DNA of 58,039 nt, filler included, from Sphacelaria rigidula (lineage: Eukaryota): the NCBI GenBank assembly GCA_964200075.2. It is 7 parts of 7 records of this genome, joined end to end, with 100 filler letters (N's around TTAATTAATTAA, not from the genome) between each part and the next. Parts side by side here need not be neighbours in the genome. Positions count along the whole stretch, not along the records: positions 49,836 to 58,039 come from CAXNAA020011924.1; 6 more parts are not named here. One strand, 5' to 3'. Both the position numbers and the translations under genes were made by a program. Positions 49,736 through 58,039 of the stretch are shown here, one piece after another. The notes under the pieces were generated by a model that did no database searches, was not told the origin of the DNA, and saw only the letters and a program-made list of their open reading frames with translations. Position 1 is the first letter of the stretch. Every line of letters begins with the position of its first letter.

Positions 49736-49835
49736 NNNNNNNNNNNNNNNNNNNNNNNNNNNNNNNNNNNNNNNNNNNNTTAATTAATTAANNNNNNNNN
49801 NNNNNNNNNNNNNNNNNNNNNNNNNNNNNNNNNNN
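49736..49835. other. artificial contig linker
   Basis: N44-TTAATTAATTAA-N44. Confidence 0.98.
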
Positions 49836-50195
49836 CCCCTTTCCCCCCCCCCGCCCCTCTCCGCCCCCCGGGCTCTTCTCCCCCCCCTGCCCCCCCCCCC
49901 CCCCCCCCCCAAGGTATCGTGTCACTTGTTTGAGCGCCTTGTCGCCCCTGTGTACTCTGTCGGGGTATATTCTGCACAGAGCGACGATACAGCGGAAACG
50001 TACATCTAGGGCCTGACGCGTGTAACATCATGGATTAATACGAGAAAATGCATTTTCGGTTCATCCGTATGCACGACTCAGACGTCTACAGCGTACATGG
50101 TGCTTCCATACATCCCTGAAGCATATCTAACACCACATGTACCACTCTGCTGGCCTGCCTGCTCTGCCCACCCGCACTGTTGCATTGTCATGCAG

Positions 50196-53100
50196 GATCG
50201 ATACTCAGAGAGGGTGGAAAGCTCTGAGACAGGCAAGCCAGCGACGATCGACCCTACTCCGCGCCACGACGATCTTCTCTCGATCCCGCTCGCAAGTCCT
50301 CCGCATCGCGCTTCTCCGCTGGCGAGTCGCCGCCACCGAAGCTCGGGCATTTCAGGCTCGGGTGCACGCAGGACGCTCTGTCCTGACAGCGTGTCTGGCA
50401 ATCTCGCAGAGACGCAACGTGCGACCGGCGTGGGCGACATGGATGAAACTCATCGCACGGGAGAGAGAGAAGGACGACTTGACGGATCACGGGGAAGGGC
50501 TCATGCGGTTTGTCGCCGTGCTATCCAGGGTGGGGAATCGGAGAGACATGGCGAGGAAGTGCCGAGTGCTGGTGCAGTGGAGATTGAGGGTTGCAAGGTT
50601 GAGCTCCGCCGTTGTTGTTGAAACGGCTCGGCAGCGAGCGGAGTTGAAATCGATCTCGGCCAGGACTCAGGTGGCGGGGGCAGAGGTGAGGAACGGTAGG
50701 GGTGGGCGGAGCTTTGTCCTTTTTTTATAGAAAGTGGGCTACAGCGTATGGACTCTGCCTGTGGGGGAAGTCACCAGTTTTGAAGGTTTGCAGGGGCAGC
50801 GCTTTTTCGTTCCAACTCCAGTTGATGAGCTCTGCGTGAGGGGATAGAAAAATTTGAACGCACGGCATTTTTTCATGCATTAACCAGAAATCGGTCGCTC
50901 TACGCGGCTTTTAATAACCGCCCGACGCATCCCCCCCGTGCCTTCATCTTGTTGGCTGTATCGGCGGCGAAACCCGACCACCATCAGGCAGGGGCTCGGC
51001 TAGCACTGCGTTGGCTCCATCGACAGCAGCGAGGACGGCAACGCGCCGCATGGAGACAGTGGACACTCGCCGTTTCCGAGGGTCAAGTGGCCCAGGAGCG
51101 GGAGAACTGGCGAATTCGAACGGTGACCCAGCTGGCGCGGGAGCTGGCTCGCGTTGTGGAAAGCAGGCGCCTCAGGATACTCCGGCGATCGATGAGCCTG
51201 TGGCACCGCCGCGCTCTACACATTGCAACGCACTCCGCGAAGGTCGCCCACGACGAGAAGAGCATAGAGGCTGGCGCCCGTCAACTACACGCTGTGCTCG
51301 ACCGCGCTCTTCTGCGGCGGAAGGCTAGAGTGTGGGCGCGGCTTGTAGGCTCAGCGATCGCCACGGCGGGTCGAGAGGAACGGTCGCGAGAGGTGCTGGC
51401 GCATCATGACCGCCTGTTGGCAGTGGCTAAAGCGAGGTCTTCGCGCCGAATCGTTGCCGGGGCATGGCGAGCGTGGAAGAGTACGTGGGTGGAGAGCAGG
51501 CACAGAGGTGAGATCAAGTCACTACGGGCCCAGCGAGGCGCAGGGATGGTGGTCGCGATCACACGCCGTAAGCAACTAGAAGGGCTGAGGATCGCCATGG
51601 TCTCGTGGCGTGCTCGAGGATGTTTGGCACGCGAGCGGGAACGTGCAGCGTCGAGGATCGCAACTTGCTTGTTGCGCGCGGATGCCCGCTGGAAGCGAAC
51701 GCTGGCTGCGCGCTGTTTGCTCAGATGGCAGCTCGGGTGCATTATGCGTGGCAAAGCCGTGGCGGAGGAGGGCAAGGCGTCTGCCGAAGCGGCGTACCGC
51801 GCGCAGGCTGTCCTGGCAATTATCAGGCGCCACCGGCTGCACAGGCTAGGCGAGGCCTTCCGCTGTCTGTTTCACCACAAAACAGTGACGGTCTACGGGA
51901 CAAGACAGGAGGAAGCCCGTCAAGCCGGGTTTTCACGAGGACTGCGCGGGCTCGGTCGTATGGTTGCCAGGAAAACGCAGAGACAGCTCATGAGCGCCTT
52001 CGCACGCTGGCGGTGGTTCGCGGCGGGGGTGGGACAGCAGAGCGACCGCGCACTCCTTGTGTCGTCCCGGAAGCGGGCTGGGGCGCAAAGCCTCGTGTCT
52101 CTCTTGACCCGCCGGGAACGCGGCAAGGTGATCCGCGCGTGGACGTTGTGGCGATCAGGTGCTGCGTCGGCCGCGGTTCACGATGGCGAGCGTGCCTCGG
52201 CCGACCTGCGTGTCTCCGGGGCCCGTCACTCTGCAGCGGCTCGGCTGCTCCTCATCACGCTGTCTGCTGCTCGGCGTCGGGCGATGGGGAAAGCATGGCG
52301 ACTGTGGTATATGGAGGTGAGGGAGGCAGGGGAGGCAGAGCTGCAGACCATGGAAAAGCACTTTCATTTGGCACGAATGTTGAACCGAGTCGAGAAAGGC
52401 ATCGAGCTGGAGAGCTTGGAAAGAGCGTGGCACGTTTGGGGCAAGCGCGTGATTGAGGCGTCAAGCTTGGCTAAAATCGTGGGACGTGTCCGCAGGTCTC
52501 AACTCACTCACGGCTTCAACCGGTGGCGGCTCACGTGTCACAGGATCCGACTCGCAGAGGCAGACACGGGCAGGGCGTCCGCCGAGGCTGCGCTTCGTGC
52601 GAAGGCCATGTCGATCCTCACCCAGCGCCGTAAGCTTCGCCAGCTCCGGGAGGGATTTTCTCGACTTTTCGACCACGGCGCGTGGGTCATCTACTTCTCT
52701 AAGGAGGCAGCGGCTCGCCGCGATCGCCTGGCTCAAGGACTTCACGTGCTCGCTCGCTCGTGCGCTAGGCGTAGAGAGCGCGACAAGCTCCGCGTGTTGG
52801 GGCGATGGCAGCGATTCACCTCGGAGCGCAGGAGACAAGACGACAGAGCCCTCCTGCAAGCCACGGGGAGGCGGGCGGGGGCAAAATCGCTTGCGGCGCT
52901 GGTGGCTCGTCGGGAGAACATGTGCTTGGGACGGTCATGGGGCATCTGGCGGACGGGCGCGGCCTCGGCCGCCGTTCATGACGGCGAACGCGCGTCTGCC
53001 GACCAACGCGTGTTCGGGGCTCGCCGCTCCGCAGGGGCGCGTCTCCTTTGCGGGGTGGTGGCAGCAACCACTCGTAGGACTCTCACGAAGGCCTGGGTGG

Positions 53101-56100
53101 TGTGGTGCAAGGAGGCGAAGGCGGCGGCCGACGCCGAGCTGCAGGTAATGGAAAAGCACTTTCATCTCGCCCGTACGCTGACACGGGTGGAGCGACGCGT
53201 GCAGATAGCGAGGGTGGGACGGACGTGGCGCGCCTGGCGTGACGTTGTTCGCGTCCAAGGCGAGGCCGAGCTGCAGACGCTCGAGAGGCAGTTTCACGTT
53301 GCGCAAGTGCTGTTACGAGTTGCGCGTAGGGCACAGGAGCGACGGCTGTCAAGGGCATGGGGCTTATGGGCGAGACTTGCTGCGAGGGGATCGCTGAAGG
53401 TGCGCGGGTCACTGACCACACTCTCGCCTGGTTTGCTGGCCGCTGCCCACGCCTCGCAAACCGTTCCGGCTCGCTCTGTGCTTGGTGCCGCAGATGGTCC
53501 CGCAGAGGCTGTTGCTGTCGACGAGCAGCGAGCGCAGGAACAAGCAGAGCGCTCTCGTAGGGTGAGGCATCGAGCCGGTGCGGTTACCATACGTGGGTTA
53601 CTTCGAAGGGCAGATTCGCGGTCTTTGGCACGGGTTTGGCAGATATGGCGAGCAGAGACTGTGGCGGAGGCTGACCGAAAGGCGAGGCTTGTTGTGGGCG
53701 TGACGCGGCTTGCGAAAGTCTTTGAGGGGTTGGCGGAGAGCCGCGAAGTGAACCGCTTGCGCCGATTCTGGGGGATGTGGGCGGGGTGGTCGGCGGCGGA
53801 GGGAAGGCGCCTCGAACATATCGCGGAAGCTGACAAGTGGTTGGTAGCTGAGGCGAAGGCTCGAGAGCTGAAGGCCCTGCGAGCGGCAAGAGTTCTCGCT
53901 AAAGTGATTGACCGGTCTGAGGCGCGGTTGGTGCGGGCTTCGTTGGAGAAATGGACCCAAGCAGCTAGTAGTGTTGACCAGGGTGACGTTGCATTTGATG
54001 AAGCTGCAAATATCGCTGCACTCGTGCAACAGCCAACGGCGCGTGGGGATAATACTGTCACTGCTGATGAGGCCCTTGGTGACGAGCGACTCACAGCGGC
54101 GGCAGCGACCCCCCCAGTAGCCACAGCCGCAGCAACTTCTCCTTCGTCGGGTTTAGTGGCGCTCAGACACAAGTTGCTAGGTGGGCCGTCCCCTCTCTTG
54201 CCTTCTCGTCTAGTTGTGCCGCTTGACGCGAGATGCTCGCCGGTAGCAGCTGCACCGCGCTCATCCCCCATGCCTAGGGCTGGTGCCTCGCTCTTGCGCC
54301 AAATACGCGCCTCAGCGAGTCCACGATCGACGACTGCGCTAAGCGTTGAAGGGTCCGAATTTCGCATGGAACAGGGAGAGTTGCACGCAAGAAACGATGG
54401 CAGGACGTGGTGGGCCGGTGATTCCAGCGGAGAGTCATCTCTTCTTTCTACCTCTCCACACCTCATGAACGTAATCGGTATATCAGCCACGCCCTCCGCT
54501 CACCACAATGACGATATTGCTTTACAATATTCCCAGCAGCTTGGCACGCCATCGTCGTTTGGAAGCTTGGACCTCAGCGCGAGCCCAGAGCAGCCGATGA
54601 TGGCGTTTCGATCTCATTCCGCCGGCGATTTTGTCGGTCCTTTGTCCTCGACATTTTCGACAACAGCAGTAGGAACGTTGGGGTCGTCGGCACATACGGC
54701 GGGGGGACACGCAGCAGGCGGGACGGCGACGGTGATGACGGCGGGAGAGATCGCCAGCCCTGCACCTAGTCTCGCGTACACGTCCGAGAGTCCTCTTCTT
54801 GGAGAGAGTGTACTCCAGTCTCGGAGCGATATCATGGGTGTGGGAGAAGACGAGGACCTTGGGCAAGGAGAGTTGGTCGACAGTGACGGAACAACACGAG
54901 AGCGATCTCCCGGTGATGGTCAAGATGATAGCCACAGAAACGATAACGCCAGACCCCGCGCGGAAAGCCAAGATGTAGCTACAGGCCTCAGGGCACACTT
55001 TGGAACTCCGGAGCGGCTGCGTTCAGAAGTAAAAGACATGAAGTCGAATCGAGGATATCCCAGCGGCGGTGAAAAATCGTGGGGTAGAAACCAGCAGGTT
55101 GTGAAGTCCCGGCAGCTCACTTTACCGCCTTACGTGCCGGGATCGGTGCACGCGTCACCATCAGGGAACCAACGATCGTTTCCTCTGGACGAAGTGGAGG
55201 AGGGGGTGGAAACCCCGAACAGTAACCGTTTCAAGGATACGTTTACGGAGGCTTTCCATTTCGAGAAAACTCCGGAAGAGGCATGGCATGGATCCGAGGG
55301 GGAGGAGGGAGGAGGAGGGTCGTCGAGCGATGAGACTGGCAAGAGTAGCGCCGAATTGTTCATGGCAAGGATGAGGGTGGTGGTTTTCCGGCAGGCTTTC
55401 AAACGCTGGCTGCTTGTCCACCGCGATGCAGATTACGATCTGAGAATGATGACGGCAAGAAAAAAGGTGAAGTACAAAGAATGACGAGGAGTTTTGCTCT
55501 GTTTGAATGCTTAGCCTTTCTTACCTTTGAAGGAAAATGTGCTTAACGCCGTTTTTTTTCCCGTTTCCACTCGATATCGGCTTGCGTAATCGGTGCCCCT
55601 GTCAAATTTGTTTGATTTTACCCCTTTTTCGTCAACACCAAAAAATGAACGTGGTACTCCAGAGTGTCATTCATCCGCCGCGTACCCCCCCCCCCCCCCC
55701 CCCCCCCCCCAACTTTTCTCCCCCCCCCCCCCCCCCCCCCGCCCCCCCCCCCCCCCCACCCACACCCACNNNNNNNNNNGGTTCTCCTGATGGTCCTTCA
55801 TCCGCCCCCCCCCCCCCCCCCCCCCCCATTCCCGCTGGTATTTTTCTACCCGCCCCCGCCCCCCAGGTGGCCTATCTCCGCCGACAACAAAAGCTTCGGA
55901 AAGTCGTCGTGAGCGCCCTACGACGACAGAGCTATGCCTGGCACGTCAACGACACCTCGCGAGCGGTAAGGAAATGGAAGGAATTCGTGCGGCGGCGGCG
56001 CGACGATGTCCGCTTTAGTCTCGAGATATCCCGCATATCCACGGTGTCGGCTCTGTCGCCCCTGAGTCCTCGCGGAGCCCGTGCGCACACGGCGGGTATG

Positions 56101-56238
56101 GGGGGTCCCGATGCGTCAGCAGTGGGTCAGGAGGCCGGCGGAGGGGAGGGGACTGGCAAAAAAACAATGTATTCGTCTCCGTTTTCGACGCAGCCGCTGA
56201 TCTCCACGAGACGGCGATTGTGGGACCAGGCGGACTGA
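50196..56238 (+). CDS. large Arg/Ala-rich protein with periodic Trp repeats (Sfi1-like, putative centrin-binding), 3' exons 50196-50685, 50988-55466, 55867-56238; 5' end missing
   Basis: The 1511-codon ORF 50949-55484 is bounded by catcag|GCA and AAG|gtgaag. Phase-0 joins link it to the upstream exon (GAG|gtgagg) and the terminal exon (cccag|GTGGCC...TGA). Recurring [AFW]xxW[RK] motifs (AWRQW, AWRAWK, AFARWR, AWTLWR, GFNRWR, AFKRW) lie in helical basic repeats, followed by a Ser/Pro-rich disordered region. The gene is well supported; the family assignment is an inference. Confidence 0.85.
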
Positions 56239-57362
56239 GTCTTTCACGTCCCGCTACCCGTCTCCTGATCCACTGCTGATGCATCCATTCCTCGAGCTTT
56301 CACGAAAGGCATGAGTGGTGAAACAATTTCTTTGTTGGCGAGAAATGATGACATGTAAAACTGGCGGTACATGAGAAAACGGGTTTGCGGGGAGGAGGTG
56401 GAGGAGAGGGATCGGGTGTTCTGTACGTAATTTGGTTCGGGTTTTGCGTAGACGCATGGTATCTTGAAATGTGTAGGACGTGGATGATGAACGCTCGTTG
56501 GGGTTGATTGGACAGATGTATTTCTGGGCTACATACATTAGGTGGGATTCAGGTAGTTGGGTTGGGCTCCTGGTGTGCCGCTCGCATTCCAGTTTACCTT
56601 GCGGATAGAGGGGTATACAAAAGACCGCCATCTGAAGCGTCCGCTTTTTATTGTACTTATGACGAGTGGTGTTCTCACAGTTTGCAACAGGGTCTGTGTG
56701 TGTGACCGGGTGGGGGGGGTGGGGGGCACTTACGTCGACATGCATGGGCGCATTAGCTCAAAGTTTATCCGCATGAACACGCATTTGTGTCTCTAATACC
56801 GAAATTCCGATGTTTTCGTATCGCCCGTAATATTTGAGGGACGCTGGTTGCCTGGTCAGCCGGGGCTATGTCACCAGTGCGGGTTATGGCCATAGAGGAA
56901 GCCACGGATGGCGGGCACTTGTGACAATGTTTTCGTGAGATTGACAGTTGAAGATATGACCGAGAGTAGGACTTTAATTCGCACGACAGGTCAGGCGTGC
57001 CTTCCCGATTGATGAACAAGAACCCTAGGTTAGACGTTCGAGATGTTGACCGATCATGGAACTGTCGTGAGATGAAGAACAGTAAAAATGATTTGTGTGA
57101 AAATGTTCAGGGTCATGGCTCACTGTCGCTTCGGACGACTTCGTACCGTAGGCCGGCGAGGAATATTCTGTGTGAGTCGTTGAGTTATTGGTTTCGACTT
57201 TCCGGGAAAATGTCTTCGGACAGCTTCAGATGAGAAGTATGACGATGAGAGCGCTCCGACGGCACATTTTCTTGCCACCAGGTTGGCAATCCTTGTTCCA
57301 GGCCTTTTTTTCTCTTGAAGCGTGTTTGAGTTTCGTTTTTCTTTGGTACAAATGAAAAAAAG

Positions 57363-57583
57363 GGCGAACATTGTTAGGCCTGGTATTTGGCACCTGCTTC
57401 AATTGACCTCGAGTATCCGATAAAAAATAAGGCGTGAAAATATTTTTAGTATTAACATTACGACGATATTTTTTTCCTTGAGCTTTAAGCCGAACTCCAA
57501 GAAAAAGTTGTGTATGAAAAACCGCTAAATAAAATATATTAAGGCGAACATTGTTAGGCCTGGTATTTGGCACCTGCTTCAAT
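57363..57583 (+). repeat. 41-bp perfect direct repeat, copies 180 bp apart (57363-57403, 57543-57583)
   Basis: ggcgaacattgttaggcctggtatttggcacctgcttcaat occurs twice. Confidence 0.9.
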
Positions 57584-58039
57584 ATTTTTCCATCACTGAT
57601 GTTGCCAGCAGCCGCTGCCAAAAAAGAGTGTACGAACCCATTATATGGTCAAGGACTCGATGACGCACCTTGCGTGTCAAAAGAAGCACATCTTCACGTG
57701 TCAAGACGAACGGCACACCACTCACAAAACTTGTTCAGGAGATAATTATACCCAATAAAATAACGATTGCGTGAGACAGAGAGTAGAGCGCTGATAAAGA
57801 GTAGCTTTGATCACTCGCTCTGACTTGGCCAATTTTTTATTCCGTGTGTGCTTTTCTCTGCCTCCATCACGTGCGTGAGCTCACAGCTTCACGTCGATAT
57901 TCCACTCGGAGATATTAAGGGCCTCAGTGGCGCGCTACTAGATGGCGCATATTGGGCCTTGCGCGGAGGCAGTTTGGAACTAACAGCCAATTTCCTGTTT
58001 TGGGGTTCAAACAAAATATGGGGCTGAAGTGGCATATCT

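Noticed and set aside
53294..54490. 398-aa antisense ORF and other overlapping ORFs in 50949-55484
   Set aside because: These are shadow frames of a GC-rich coding exon.
55684..55866. Proline-rich coding extension (5' part of ORF 55537-56238)
   Set aside because: This is a poly-C intron tract with a 10-N gap. The real exon starts after cag at 55867.
33226..58039. Functional cluster of YR element, monooxygenase and Sfi1-like gene
   Set aside because: They lie on three different contigs joined artificially.

Overview
Eukaryotic genomic DNA, most likely a brown alga or related photosynthetic stramenopile. This is inferred from long repeat-rich GT-AG introns, C-rich acceptors and an ASAFAP-type bipartite plastid presequence. 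The window is not one locus. It is seven contigs of 8207, 8206, 8206, 8206, 8205, 8205 and 8204 bp, sorted by length and joined by 100-bp N44-TTAATTAATTAA-N44 linkers, so adjacency across linkers has no biological meaning. Contig 1 (1-8207): last two coding exons of a Ded1/DDX3-type DEAD-box helicase. Contig 2 (8308-16513): five internal exons of a USP4/11/15-like ubiquitin-specific protease, with MITE- and SINE-rich introns. Contig 3 (16614-24819): rearranged Ty3/gypsy remnant lacking RT, plus a 43-bp-period repeat block. Contig 4 (24920-33125): decayed Ty1/copia element with nested foldback insertions. Contig 5 (33226-41430): near-complete but decayed tyrosine-recombinase (Ngaro/DIRS-order) retrotransposon with an upstream ~240-bp tandem array. 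Contig 6 (41531-49735): complete 8-exon gene for a 508-aa kynurenine-3-monooxygenase-like flavoprotein with a predicted plastid presequence. Contig 7 (49836-58039): 3' part of a large Trp-repeat (Sfi1-like) protein gene with a 4.5-kb exon. Most short ORFs in the track are spurious. I see no convincing multi-gene novel system. The best leads are the YR retroelement with its array, the plastid-targeted KMO-like enzyme, and a C-tailed short repeat family that sits next to splice acceptors.
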